From: Bacillota bacterium
GTDB taxonomy: Bacteria > Bacillota > DTU025
DNA: 64,000 nt
NCBI GenBank assembly: GCA_050951805.1
Contig: JBMNJT010000002.1
Span: 1,280,001-1,344,000, forward strand
Reading direction: 5' to 3'
Shown: positions 38,759 through 49,062 of the stretch, piece by piece
Layout: every line of letters starts with the position of its first letter
Numbering within the stretch: position 1 is the first letter of the stretch
Translations under genes and position numbers: made by a program
Notes under the pieces: model-generated
What the model saw: only the letters and a program-made list of their open reading frames with translations
Told to the model about the DNA's origin: nothing
The model's database searches: none

Positions 38759-41397
38759 ACTAACCCGCGATTGCCGAGCGCATCTTCAAGATCCTCCTCG
38801 GTGATGAGGACTTTCCGCGGCTTGCTTCCCTCATAGGGTCCGACAATGCCGAGCACTTCCATGGTATCTATCAGCCTTGCCGCCCTTGCATAACCCACTC
38901 TGAACCGACGTTGTATCTTCGATATAGACGCCTCTCCTGAACTGACGACGAGCCTGACGGCTTCGGGGAAAAGCTCGTCGTCTTCAGCGATGCCTTCCCC
39001 CACGCTGCCGGTAGTTTCCACAGCTTTGGCCTCATAAATAGGCTTTCCCTGTTGTTTCAAGTATCTGACCAGGCTTGCCACCTCTTCGTCGGAAATATAG
39101 GCGCCCTGCACCCGTATGGGCTTTGGCAGTCCCACAGGATGAAACAGCATATCGCCTTTTCCCAACAGATGCTCCGCGCCTGAAGAATCTAAGATGATCC
39201 TGGAGTCCACCTGCGAGGAAACGGCAAATGCTATTCTCGACGGTATGTTCGACTTTATAATTCCGGTCACAATGTCAACTGAAGGCCTCTGCGTCGCAAT
39301 AATCAGATGAATTCCGGCAGCCCGCGCCATGAAAGCCAATCGAGCAATAGCGTCTTCCACTTCACGCTGGGCAACGAGCATCAAATCAGCAAGCTCGTCT
39401 ATGATCACGACGATGTACGAGAGAGGCTTCAGCCGTGGCCCCGCAGCCTTTCCTTTGTTGGCTTCAGTGGAGACATCTGAACCGCCTTGCGCGTCCGCCT
39501 CTGATCCCTCGATATTTCTGTCTGTGCCGACGTCAGATCCAGCGATATTGGCGTCTGCATCGATATACTCGTCTGCAATTCCCAGACGTACCATCTCGTT
39601 GTACTGGCCAATATTCCGCGCTCCGGCTATTTGGAAGAGGCGGTACCTGTTCTCCATTTCCTCCACCACCCATCTGAGGTAGCCCGAAGCCTTCTTCGCA
39701 TCTGTCACCACCGGAGCTAAGAGATGCGGAATCCCGTCGTACATAGAAAGCTCCACTCTCTTGGGATCAATAAGAAGAAACCTGACCTCATCCGGGGTTG
39801 CTTTAAACAGCAGGCTGCATATGATCGAATTCAGGCATACGCTCTTGCCAGAACCAGTGGCCCCCGCAACCAAGAGGTGTAGGAGATCGGCCATATCAGC
39901 CACTATTGGCTTTCCAGCAATATCCTTGCCCACTGCAAAGGTGAGGCGGGATTCCGCCTTTTGGAATTCGTCCGACTCTATTACTTCACGCAAGTATATT
40001 ACAGACCTGTTTTTGCTCGGAACCTCGATGCCCACAGCGGCCTTGCCCGGTATCGGAGCTTCTATTCTGACACCTGCCGAGGCAAAGGCCAATGACAGGT
40101 CATCAGCGAGGTTAACGATTTTCGATACCTTGACACCGGGACCTGGTTGGACTTCAAAACGCGTGACAACCGGCCCGGCGCTGATTCCGACTACAGAAGC
40201 TTCCACGCCAAAGCTGGCAAGAGTAGACTCCAGCAGTTCGGCCATGGCATGCGGATCCTCCACTTCTTTGCGCGCACGACGCTTTGGCAACGCCTTGAGA
40301 ATGCTCGTCGGAGGCAAATCGGAAGCAAGTCCATAGTTTATCAGCTCTAGCTGCTCCATTTCATCATGCAAGGACCCGATCGACTGCGATTTTGTGCCCT
40401 GAGCAGATTGCCTCGGCCGTGTCTTCGAAGGCGCGACACTTACCTCGTTGGCACCCACACTCAACTCACCTCTGGAAGGCTCGGGCAGATCCTCTTGAGG
40501 CTCCATTCGTTCCACGATGCCTGCATCAGGCTCTGATGTCTGGAAGAACTCCTTGAGTCTATCTAGACCCCGTTCTTGAGAATGGGCTCCAATCTCCGGC
40601 TCCGGCGCGGTCTTTGCCCGCCTGTTAGCTTCGAGGCAATCGCCTTCTCGGAACTGAACAGCCAGGTCGGCCCTATCAACGGCAGATTCATCCTCCGGAT
40701 ACGGGGGAGCAACCTCGAACAGCTGAAGCACTATTGCGTCATAGCTTTCTCTGATCATGCTTATGAGAAATGACAAGCCTGTCCATATCGATTTCGCGCC
40801 AAAGGTAACAGCAGTTGCAACAGGAACATCTGAAGCAATGGAAAGCCCTGCGATTCCAAGGGCTATTGAGATAATCACCGAACCCACAAATCCAAAAAGC
40901 CTGAGAAATACCCAGGCACCGGCAGCGCCCACAAGCCCTCCTCCTACGTCTGAACGTGAATCGGCGACGTATTGGGAAAAAGGAAGCCTGAGAGCAGTCT
41001 CCCCGAAATCGTTGAGCTCGAAGCCTATTACAACGGCAATGCACACGATCACGAGCCCTACAAACCGGACGAAGACGACATGTCCGGTCCGACGCCAGAG
41101 CATGAGAATTCCAGTAAGCGCCATCAAGGCCGGGACTGCGTATGCCCCGCGCCCGAACGCTGATATCATCAGATTGGCTAGTGCCCCACCTACGTAACCC
41201 GAAGGGCCCTGAATAAGAGAAATAAAGCCAAGAGCGGCCCCTGCTACCAAGAATATGCCGCCAATCTCCGAGCCCAGCTCGCCGCCGAGGGCATAGTCCT
41301 GCGAAGCGGCCGATTCCTTCGCATGCTTAGGCTTTGCACGCACTGGCTTCGAGCGTTTCTTTGTTCGGGTAGGTTGGCTTCCCTGTCGTGCTGCCAC
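38755..41397 (-). CDS. ftsK: DNA translocase FtsK/SpoIIIE
   Basis: N-terminal TM domain; AGATGSGKS, IDELADLM, ATQRPS; gamma domain GYARAARLID. Confidence 0.97.
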   Translation of the reverse strand: MAARQGSQPTRTKKRSKPVRAKPKHAKESAASQDYALGGELGSEIGGIFLVAGAALGFISLIQGPSGYVGGALANLMISAFGRGAYAVPALMALTGILMLWRRTGHVVFVRFVGLVIVCIAVVIGFELNDFGETALRLPFSQYVADSRSDVGGGLVGAAGAWVFLRLFGFVGSVIISIALGIAGLSIASDVPVATAVTFGAKSIWTGLSFLISMIRESYDAIVLQLFEVAPPYPEDESAVDRADLAVQFREGDCLEANRRAKTAPEPEIGAHSQERGLDRLKEFFQTSEPDAGIVERMEPQEDLPEPSRGELSVGANEVSVAPSKTRPRQSAQGTKSQSIGSLHDEMEQLELINYGLASDLPPTSILKALPKRRARKEVEDPHAMAELLESTLASFGVEASVVGISAGPVVTRFEVQPGPGVKVSKIVNLADDLSLAFASAGVRIEAPIPGKAAVGIEVPSKNRSVIYLREVIESDEFQKAESRLTFAVGKDIAGKPIVADMADLLHLLVAGATGSGKSVCLNSIICSLLFKATPDEVRFLLIDPKRVELSMYDGIPHLLAPVVTDAKKASGYLRWVVEEMENRYRLFQIAGARNIGQYNEMVRLGIADEYIDADANIAGSDVGTDRNIEGSEADAQGGSDVSTEANKGKAAGPRLKPLSYIVVIIDELADLMLVAQREVEDAIARLAFMARAAGIHLIIATQRPSVDIVTGIIKSNIPSRIAFAVSSQVDSRIILDSSGAEHLLGKGDMLFHPVGLPKPIRVQGAYISDEEVASLVRYLKQQGKPIYEAKAVETTGSVGEGIAEDDELFPEAVRLVVSSGEASISKIQRRFRVGYARAARLIDTMEVLGIVGPYEGSKPRKVLITEEDLEDALGNRGLV

Positions 41398-41429
41398 ACC
41401 TCTTCACCACCGTAAGCACACAATTCTAC

Positions 41430-42257
41430 TTACAGTCCCAACAATCCTCTAGCATGCAAAAGGATGGTGATGATCCCAATCGCCCAGAGGTAGTATGAGA
41501 AGTATGTCAGCTTTCCCCTGACGACCACGCGTCTCAGAAAGATCATGGCAGCGAGTCCTGATACGAAAGAGGCTGCTACAGCCAAAAGAAGAGTTCCAAG
41601 CTGGACTTCGGCCAAAGCTCCGGGGTTTGCCACAGGCCAGAGTATAAGGCTGCCCACAATCACCGGCAAAGACGCGATAAACGAGTATGACGTTGCAAAT
41701 CCTCTTTCGAATTTGAGGGCGAGCGCGGACGAGATGGTCAGGCCTGACCGTGAAACCCCGGGGAAGATCGCGCACGCCTGTGCGACGCCCACGCCAAGAG
41801 CTTGCTTGTAACCGATATTGCCCTCGTTTATGCTCTCCTGTTTCCGTTGCTTTTGCCGCGACGATATGCAGTCGGCGCACCATAGGACGACTCCCGAGAT
41901 AAGGAATCCGATTCCAGCAAAGAGAGGCGAACCGAACGCGTGCTCCACGGCGTCAGACGCGGCGAAACCGACCAAGGCCGCCGGGATACTAGTGAGGATC
42001 AAACATATGGCCATCTTGGCACTACCGTCGCGCTTCGCTATTCCGCGGAAAAACCCCATAATGATCTCCCATACCTCGCCGCTGTACAAAACTAGAACGG
42101 AAAGTGCAGTCCCAGCATGAACGCCCAGTGCTACCGTCATGTTGGGTTCAAGACCCATTAGCGCTTGGGCTACGACGAGATGCCCGGAACTTGATACAGG
42201 AAGAAACTCAGTGAGACCTTGGACTATTCCCAGCAACAACCCTTGGATGACGCTCAA
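41430..42257 (-). CDS. uppP: Undecaprenyl-diphosphate phosphatase
   Basis: QGLTEFLPVSSSGH, PGVSRSG. Confidence 0.95.
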   Translation of the reverse strand: MSVIQGLLLGIVQGLTEFLPVSSSGHLVVAQALMGLEPNMTVALGVHAGTALSVLVLYSGEVWEIIMGFFRGIAKRDGSAKMAICLILTSIPAALVGFAASDAVEHAFGSPLFAGIGFLISGVVLWCADCISSRQKQRKQESINEGNIGYKQALGVGVAQACAIFPGVSRSGLTISSALALKFERGFATSYSFIASLPVIVGSLILWPVANPGALAEVQLGTLLLAVAASFVSGLAAMIFLRRVVVRGKLTYFSYYLWAIGIITILLHARGLLGL

Positions 42258-43230
42258 TGTAAACTCGCTCCTTGCCGCGGCCTCCTATTAACTCTACAAA
42301 CTGCCGTGAGAATGGGAGGACGATCGCCGCGGTGATTATGTTGAACAATGCGTGCGCATTCGCCAACTGCGCTCCGGGATCGGTAGAAAGAAGGCGAAGT
42401 AAATCGCAGAAGAGTTCGATAAATGGGAGGAATGCTGCTGCCCCCAGAACATTGAAAATCAGGTTCGCCCACGCCAGTGTCTGAGAGTCGCGATCTGCCG
42501 GCAAGGCTGCAACCAGAGCAGTGAAACACGTGCCAACATTGCTTCCAATGACAAGAGCCACCGCCCCCTCAAGTTCGACAAGGCCTTCCCTCGTCAGTGA
42601 GACTAAAAGCGCGCTCACAACCGAACTGCTATGGACTGCCGCCGTAGCGGCGGCGCCTACTACCGCCGCAAGAATCGGCTTATGCGATGCCCAGGTCAAA
42701 ATGACCTTTAGTGTATCCGAGTCCATCACGGCACCACTGGCTTCGGCAACCAACTCCAGGCCAAGAATGACTCCGGAGAAGCTGACTGCCGCCGCGCCGC
42801 CCAGCATTCGCATGCGCCCTGTCTCTTTCCTGACGCGGTCGGCTGCCCCGGGACCGCGGAGCTCCACCCATCCCCACGCCGTGAGCACGAGCCCTGCCCC
42901 GGCTGCCGCCCATCCGAGCCATGTCGGGCGGAGCCCCGCAATCTGCGCCGTCACGGTTGTTCCGACGTTGGCCCCAAGAATGGCAGCAAAAGCCGGGGCC
43001 AACCCCATCGCCCCTGAATTGACGAGGCCGACCAGGGTGACACTTACCAGCGTCGAGCTCTGAATCAGCGCTGTAACGCCCACGCCCGATACGAAAGCAG
43101 CCGGCACCGAGGCGCCATGAAGAGCCGCACGCGTGCGCGGGCCCAAAATCTCTCCGAGGGCCTTGCTCATCCCAACAAGTGAAAGCAGGAAAAGGGCGAG
43201 ACCCCCTATAAAAGGTATCGCCATAATCAT
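42208..43230 (-). CDS. Na/Pi cotransporter family protein (no PhoU tail)
   Basis: IQSST/VHSSS repeats, GANVGTT, GSNVGT, ANAHALFN. Confidence 0.88.
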   Translation of the reverse strand: MIMAIPFIGGLALFLLSLVGMSKALGEILGPRTRAALHGASVPAAFVSGVGVTALIQSSTLVSVTLVGLVNSGAMGLAPAFAAILGANVGTTVTAQIAGLRPTWLGWAAAGAGLVLTAWGWVELRGPGAADRVRKETGRMRMLGGAAAVSFSGVILGLELVAEASGAVMDSDTLKVILTWASHKPILAAVVGAAATAAVHSSSVVSALLVSLTREGLVELEGAVALVIGSNVGTCFTALVAALPADRDSQTLAWANLIFNVLGAAAFLPFIELFCDLLRLLSTDPGAQLANAHALFNIITAAIVLPFSRQFVELIGGRGKERVYIERHPRVVAGNSPRSH

Positions 43231-43307
43231 TTTGCCACCACCTCACGACATGAGCATCCAGTCAGAAAACCGTATGCCGCAGCCGGAGAGGTTATGTGGC
43301 GAGGCTG

Positions 43308-43571
43308 CTAGAGGTATTCGCGTATATCCACCATGGATCCGGGTGAAATTGTTGGGTCAAGATAGTCAGCCGGATCAGTCGACATAACCCGTTCCACCTG
43401 GCCTCTGCCATCAGGCATAGGCCAGACCGAGAGGGGCACTCCCCTCACGCGGCACGAGACAAGCATGGGCGGCTCTACGGGGCCCATGGGGGCACGCCAG
43501 GCTGCGTAAGGGTCCATCTGCCACGCAGGCTCGCCCAGAACATCTTCAATGGGCATGACTGTGTAAAGCAT
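43308..43571 (-). CDS. ylzJ: YlzJ-like protein
   Basis: MLYTVMP, STDPADYL; follows tepA. Confidence 0.9.
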   Translation of the reverse strand: MLYTVMPIEDVLGEPAWQMDPYAAWRAPMGPVEPPMLVSCRVRGVPLSVWPMPDGRGQVERVMSTDPADYLDPTISPGSMVDIREYL

Positions 43572-44311
43572 CAGTGGATACGCTCCTTTGCCCTGCCAGC
43601 TATCTTCCGTCTGATCGCGATGAGCTCGTCCAGCTTTCGGAGCGCGTCAGCGAGGCTTCCCACAGAGTCTATTAGCCCTGCATCCACGGCATCCTGTCCT
43701 ACCAGGACTGTGCCCACATCCCGAAGGAGTTCCCCCGTCCTGAACATGAGATCCCTGAAGCCCTCAATTGAACACCTGGAGTGTTCCGAGACGAACTTTA
43801 TTACCCGCTCCTGCATCCGCTCGAGGTACTCATACGTCTGCTGTGTTCCCACCACAAGCTGGCCTGATAGACGCAGCGGGTGTATGGTCATCGTGGCAGT
43901 GCTCGCAATCATCGAATAGCTGCAGCTAACTGCAATTGGGACCGCGATGGAATGCCCGCCTCCAAGGACTATGCTGACTGACGGAGTTGTCATCCCTGCA
44001 AGCAACTCCGATATGGCCAGCCCGGCCTCGACATCCCCTCCCACCGTGTTGAGGAGAATGAGAAGCCCCTCAATCTCATCGCTTTGCTCTATAGCAACGA
44101 GCTGAGGCATTATGTGCTCGTACTTGGTCGTCTTATTCTGAGGCGGCAGCACGGTATGGCCCTCTATCTGGCCAATAATGCTCAATACATGTATGTTGCT
44201 GGGCGGAGAAACGGGGGTTTCGATCTCCCCGAATTCCCTCAACGGAGCGCCTGCCAGCTCCTCTTGCTCCGGCGTCTGCTGCATCGGCTCAACCTCTGAT
44301 TCAGCCCTCAT
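43571..44311 (-). CDS. tepA: ClpP-like translocation-enhancing protein TepA
   Basis: [30 protein letters not shown]. Confidence 0.95.
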   Translation of the reverse strand: MRAESEVEPMQQTPEQEELAGAPLREFGEIETPVSPPSNIHVLSIIGQIEGHTVLPPQNKTTKYEHIMPQLVAIEQSDEIEGLLILLNTVGGDVEAGLAISELLAGMTTPSVSIVLGGGHSIAVPIAVSCSYSMIASTATMTIHPLRLSGQLVVGTQQTYEYLERMQERVIKFVSEHSRCSIEGFRDLMFRTGELLRDVGTVLVGQDAVDAGLIDSVGSLADALRKLDELIAIRRKIAGRAKERIH

Positions 44312-44380
44312 ATGCCGTTTGCACCTCCGTCAGTGAAGTCAACGTTAGTATGAGGGTGTGAGCAGAGTAATTATGTATCG

Positions 44381-44417
44381 GAATGCGAAGGCGGGGAAGA
44401 AACCCGCCCGCGCATTC
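44381..44417 (-). terminator. Hairpin after rnj
   Basis: GAATGCG/CGCATTC and GGCGGG/CCCGCC stems; poor T-tract. Confidence 0.5.
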
Positions 44418-44420
44418 AGG

Positions 44421-46094
44421 CTACACATCCATTACCACTGGAATGACCATTGGACGCCTGCCGGTGCGTTCGAAGATGAAAGAGGATATTGCATGCCTCA
44501 GCCGGTCTTTCAATGACTGAACTTCCAGCACGCCTTCGCCTTCGAATTTCTCCACTACGTCCGAGGCCACGGATCTTATTTCATCAATGAAATCCTCAGA
44601 CTCCTTCAAGTAAACGAACCCCCGCGACACGATCTCGGGGCCGCCCACGATGAGCGCTCGACTCCTGTCGGCTGCCACGATGGCTACTACGATTCCGTCT
44701 TCCGAAAGAAGCTTCCTGTCTCGCAGAACCACGTTGCCTACCGCTCCAACTGAAAGGCCGTCAACGAGAAGATGCCCTGAGGCAACACGGCCCGCAACTT
44801 CCGCGCGTTCCTGGCTGAACTCGAGAATATCGCCGATCTCAGGTATGAGTATGTCGGACCTTGGCACTCCGACCTCCTGAGCGAGCCTCGCATGCTTAAC
44901 AAGATGCCTGTATTCTCCGTGCACAGGGACGAAGTATCGGGGCCTAACAATGTTCAGCATCAGTTTGAGCTCCTCTTGGCTTGCATGGCCCGAAACGTGA
45001 AAACCCGAAAATGCCTCGTGTATCACCTCGGCGCCCTGTTTGAAGAGGCGGTTGATAGTGGTTCCGATCATCCGCTCGTTTCCCGGGATAGTACTGGCAG
45101 ATATGATTACTGTATCGCCTGGTACGATTGACACCTTTCTGTGATCAGACATAGCCATTCGAGTTAGAGCACTCATGGGTTCTCCCTGGCTGCCAGTGGT
45201 CATTATCACCGCGCGGCTCGGGGGCAGGGATTCCAACGTGTCAAGATCGACTATGGTGCCGGGCTTGACGCGAAGATAACCGAGATCCAAGGCAAGCTTT
45301 ACATTATTCTCCATCGAGCGCCCCACGATGGCTACCCGCCGCCCTACTTCAGCCGCGGCATCAAACGCTTGCTGTATGCGTTCGATATGCGACGCAAAAG
45401 TTGTAACAAATATCCTTCCCTCAGCATCACGGAATGCGTCCCGGAAAAGCTCACCAACTACCTTCTCTGACAGAGTGTATCCAGGACGATCAGCATTGGT
45501 AGAGTCGGAAAGCATCACCAAGACGCCGCGCTCACCCAATTCCGCGAAGCGGCGCAAGTCCATTACCCGCCCATCTATCGGAGTTTGGTCGAATTTGAAG
45601 TCAGAAGTATGAACTATTATCCCAGCCGGGGTGTTGATGGCCAGAGCCACACAATCGGCAATGGAATGGCTTACATGGATGAACTCTACACTGATTTCTC
45701 CAAAGCTCTCCTGGTCGCCCGCGCTTATGACGCGGGCATTGCCGCCCAGCTGAATTCCGTGCTCCCTCAGTTTTGCCTGGACCAAAGCCAGGGTGAGCCT
45801 TGTGCCGTACACCGGTACGTTGCCGATACGTTTAAGTACGTATGGAAGGGCCCCTATGTGGTCTTCATGGCCGTGAGTCAGAATTACCGCCCTTATGCGC
45901 TCTTTGTTGTCTTCCAGATATGAGACGTCAGGGATCACCAGATCGACTCCGAACATGTCATCGTCCGGAAACATCAATCCGCAATCGATGACGATCATGT
46001 CGTCGCCGTATTCCACAACCAACATGTTCTTCCCTATTTCGCCTATTCCACCCAGAGGTATCAAGCGCACGGGATCTGTTTTGATTTTAGTCAC
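44421..46094 (-). CDS. rnj: Ribonuclease J
   Basis: PLGGIGEIGKN, THGHEDHIG, TGSQGEP, HVSGHA, PVHGEYRH. Confidence 0.97.
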   Translation of the reverse strand: MTKIKTDPVRLIPLGGIGEIGKNMLVVEYGDDMIVIDCGLMFPDDDMFGVDLVIPDVSYLEDNKERIRAVILTHGHEDHIGALPYVLKRIGNVPVYGTRLTLALVQAKLREHGIQLGGNARVISAGDQESFGEISVEFIHVSHSIADCVALAINTPAGIIVHTSDFKFDQTPIDGRVMDLRRFAELGERGVLVMLSDSTNADRPGYTLSEKVVGELFRDAFRDAEGRIFVTTFASHIERIQQAFDAAAEVGRRVAIVGRSMENNVKLALDLGYLRVKPGTIVDLDTLESLPPSRAVIMTTGSQGEPMSALTRMAMSDHRKVSIVPGDTVIISASTIPGNERMIGTTINRLFKQGAEVIHEAFSGFHVSGHASQEELKLMLNIVRPRYFVPVHGEYRHLVKHARLAQEVGVPRSDILIPEIGDILEFSQERAEVAGRVASGHLLVDGLSVGAVGNVVLRDRKLLSEDGIVVAIVAADRSRALIVGGPEIVSRGFVYLKESEDFIDEIRSVASDVVEKFEGEGVLEVQSLKDRLRHAISSFIFERTGRRPMVIPVVMDV

Positions 46095-46140
46095 TACTTA
46101 TACTGCACCTCGCAGATTCTCATTGTATCAAGCTGCTAGA

Positions 46141-46169
46141 ATTATATACCTAGCGCCATTGCGTATCAA
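46141..46169 (-). promoter_or_regulatory. SigA promoter of rnj
   Basis: TTGATA-N17-TATAAT. Confidence 0.75.
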
Positions 46170-46364
46170 GGAGACAGATCGACGCGTCCATTTTGGCACA
46201 TGCTTTGCAGCCACGCCATCTGGGTATTCACCATCCATCAATTACTGGATTGTCTGACCGACTCGATTCTCCCCCACCCGCAAAAGCATAAGTCATCAAA
46301 GGAGGCCACTTACAATAAGTGGCCTCGGAAAATGCAAATACTCGAGAGGCACTGCCATTCTATA

Positions 46365-47012
46365 TCAGCCTATCAGAAGTCCGATCACGATGAAAACCTG
46401 CGCCAGCACGTACGAGGTCATGACATAGAGCTCTGCGCCTGGAATTCTGGCCCTAGACCTGTTACATGCAAGTATCGAATCTGATGCGATGAAGAGAAGC
46501 GACCCGATGAAGGGAAGCCAAAAACCCCACCCCGAAAAAGTGCAAGCTCTGAGGAGCGTAGCAAGGCTCATGAGGGAAATTGCCCCGCCATATACGATGA
46601 ATGGCACCTTCATCTTCCCCGGATCCGAAAAAATCCTTGAGTGGAAATACCATCCATAGGCAACATAAAGCATGATCGATACCCAAAACCACCAAGGGAT
46701 CCCAACTGAAAAATCGATGGTCTGTATTATGGCAACAATATAGAAAACATGCCCGATAAGGAAAGATGCGAGCCCAGCAGCAAAAGAACTGTCATTGTCG
46801 GACCATAACAGCAAGATATCTCCAATAGTGCTTGCAACGAGCGCCAGCACAACCCAGATGCTAACAACATCGGCCTCTACCAAGTAAAGAAGCAAAAGCA
46901 ACGGCATGAGAAAAGGCTTGGTAAAACGCCTGCCAGGCTTGTTTTCCTGAGCAGTGAAACAGAGATGCATTGCAAAGACTATCAGAAAAGTCACATAAAT
47001 CGGTGTACACAT
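46365..47012 (-). CDS. YhhN/TMEM86 lysoplasmalogenase family membrane protein
   Basis: TKPFLMP, IGDILL, SFLIGH, FIASDSILA, YVLAQ. Confidence 0.9.
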   Translation of the reverse strand: MCTPIYVTFLIVFAMHLCFTAQENKPGRRFTKPFLMPLLLLLYLVEADVVSIWVVLALVASTIGDILLLWSDNDSSFAAGLASFLIGHVFYIVAIIQTIDFSVGIPWWFWVSIMLYVAYGWYFHSRIFSDPGKMKVPFIVYGGAISLMSLATLLRACTFSGWGFWLPFIGSLLFIASDSILACNRSRARIPGAELYVMTSYVLAQVFIVIGLLIG

Positions 47013-47139
47013 TCCTTACTCATCTCCACTCATTATTCTCTCCCATGCACGCGAACGAACGCGTTGCCTGTGAGGCGTGCCCGCACTCAGCTAGGGGCCG
47101 TATGGCGCCTTCGAGCGCTGGCTGCCTTAACCTAACATT

Positions 47140-47168
47140 ACTATAGCATCTCCATTAATGGGGTTCAA
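47140..47168 (-). promoter_or_regulatory. SigA promoter of the yhhN-like gene
   Basis: TTGAAC-N17-TATAGT with an extended TG. Confidence 0.6.
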
Positions 47169-48005
47169 TGGCATCCTTACCCATCGCATCAACCTTGGTT
47201 CTGTATAACCACTGGAATAAGGATAGGAAGCTCTATCGAAGAGTGAAGATCTCCAAGTAGACCGCAACAAATCTCTGCGCGATCCTCGAGGTCCTTATTT
47301 GAAAGTTCAGCCTTCGCTAGAAGCCCAGTAAGCGCCGTGCGGCGTGGAGCCGGCTAAGGTTCGCCGCGGGGGCGAGCAGGTTTTGCAGACCAGTCTAAAA
47401 CTCAGACACCCGCGCCCGAAAAGCGACTAAATAATAGACACATTCCTTGAAGGCAGGCCCAAGTTGCCCTTTCATATGAGTGCGTTGAATGCATAGACTG
47501 CCGGAGCGCTCAGACGGATCTCACGGTCGGGAGCGTATACGCATCGCTTTCGTCGTTGTAAAGAACATAATTGCCCGCAAGCGTCGAACCGGGAATTCGA
47601 TTACGCCATCTACCCTGGCTTTCCCCCGTGAATCATATCCCGGCACGGCTGAGTGCTGCGGGCGTTTATGGCTAAGGCCAAGATCCCCCAAGACTGTGTA
47701 CGTTGTCGATGTACAAATGCGAACCAATTACCGCACTGCGACATAGGTGCAAAGACGTGTCTACGCCTAGCAGACATCAGATGACAGGCTAACCGATAGC
47801 GCAAAAACTTATTGGGAGTCACTTAGTAGCTGTTGACTTTATGTATGATTGCCGGCCGTGCATGAAGACACTGATTTCTGCTTTAAGGCGTAGGAATCGC
47901 TCCGCGCCAGTACCCGGCCTCATCTAATGATCAACTTCATACGAGCCGAGGCCAGAAACGAACACCTCGCACAGGTGATTTGCCTGCCGAAACAGCAAGC
48001 CCAAA

Positions 48006-48035
48006 GAGCGCCCAGTGCACGGACATAGGGCGCTC
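48006..48035 (-). terminator. Hairpin after dapA
   Basis: GAGCGCCC/GGGCGCTC stem followed by TTT on the minus strand. Confidence 0.5.
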
Positions 48036-48136
48036 GATTGTCTGATTCCAAGACTGAAAGCAGAGTGAAGATAACGCGGATCCTGTTGACGTCTGGTATG
48101 CCATCACCACGTATGACCCTGCCAATATGCACTGTA

Positions 48137-49030
48137 TTAGATCAGCCCAAGCGACTCCATGACCGCTTCTATTTGCCCAAGTTCTGCATCGGTCGCTTCA
48201 ACCAGCGGCGGTCTTAGTCCGCCCGCATCAAATCCTGCAAGCTTCAAGGCTGCCTTGATCGGAATGGGGTTAGTGGTAATAAATATCACCTTGAATAATG
48301 GCAACAACCGCCGGTGCATCTCTGCGGCAAGCTCCACATCTCCGTCGATGAACGCTGTAACCATCTGCTGAATCCCAGGGCCAGCCACGTGCGACGCCAC
48401 GCTCACAACCCCATCGCCGCCCACAGACATCATGGGTATGGTCATGTTGTCATCCCCGCTGTATATTGTGAATCCCTTTGGCGCTTTCGATCTTATCTCA
48501 GCCACCTGTTCGAGGCTGCCCGACGCCTCTTTGACCGCCACTATGTTCGAAAAATCATTGGCTAACTTGGCCATCGTATCGGCGCTGAGGTTAACTGAGG
48601 TCCTGCCTGGAACGTTGTATATCATGAGCGGCAGTGAAGTCGATCGGGCTACACTGGCAAAGTGCCGATACAATCCTGCTTGCGGCGGCTTGTTATAGTA
48701 GGGCGTAACCAACATTGCGCCATCCACGCCCAACTTCTCCGCTTCCTGCGTCAGCTCTATACTCGTGCGAGTATCGTTCCCCCCGGTCCCTGCAATTACC
48801 GCCGCTTCACCGCCCACCTCTTCCAAGACTACGCGGAAAAGCTCGAGTTTCTCTTCATGCGTCAATGTTGGAGATTCGCCGGTCGTCCCGGAGACCACGA
48901 GCCCGTCCGAACCGTTCTCGATTAACCTTCTTGCGAGCTCTCGCGCTTTTCTGTAATCCACAGACAGATCAGGGGCGAAAGGCGTTGCCATTGCCGTGAT
49001 CACGCGAATGCGTCTTCCGTTCTTCTTCAA
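48137..49030 (-). CDS. dapA: 4-hydroxy-tetrahydrodipicolinate synthase
   Basis: [27 protein letters not shown]. Confidence 0.97.
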   Translation of the reverse strand: MKKNGRRIRVITAMATPFAPDLSVDYRKARELARRLIENGSDGLVVSGTTGESPTLTHEEKLELFRVVLEEVGGEAAVIAGTGGNDTRTSIELTQEAEKLGVDGAMLVTPYYNKPPQAGLYRHFASVARSTSLPLMIYNVPGRTSVNLSADTMAKLANDFSNIVAVKEASGSLEQVAEIRSKAPKGFTIYSGDDNMTIPMMSVGGDGVVSVASHVAGPGIQQMVTAFIDGDVELAAEMHRRLLPLFKVIFITTNPIPIKAALKLAGFDAGGLRPPLVEATDAELGQIEAVMESLGLI

Positions 49031-49062
49031 TGTAATTCCCTCCCAGATCGCCAACTGCGAAC

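Noticed and set aside
39420-39580. Acidic insertion in the FtsK motor domain
   Set aside because: Falls in the known variable loop before Walker B; no intein motifs.
47521-47727. 68-aa minus-strand ORF in the dapA-yhhN gap
   Set aside because: No clear SD and no recognisable motif; not called as a CDS.
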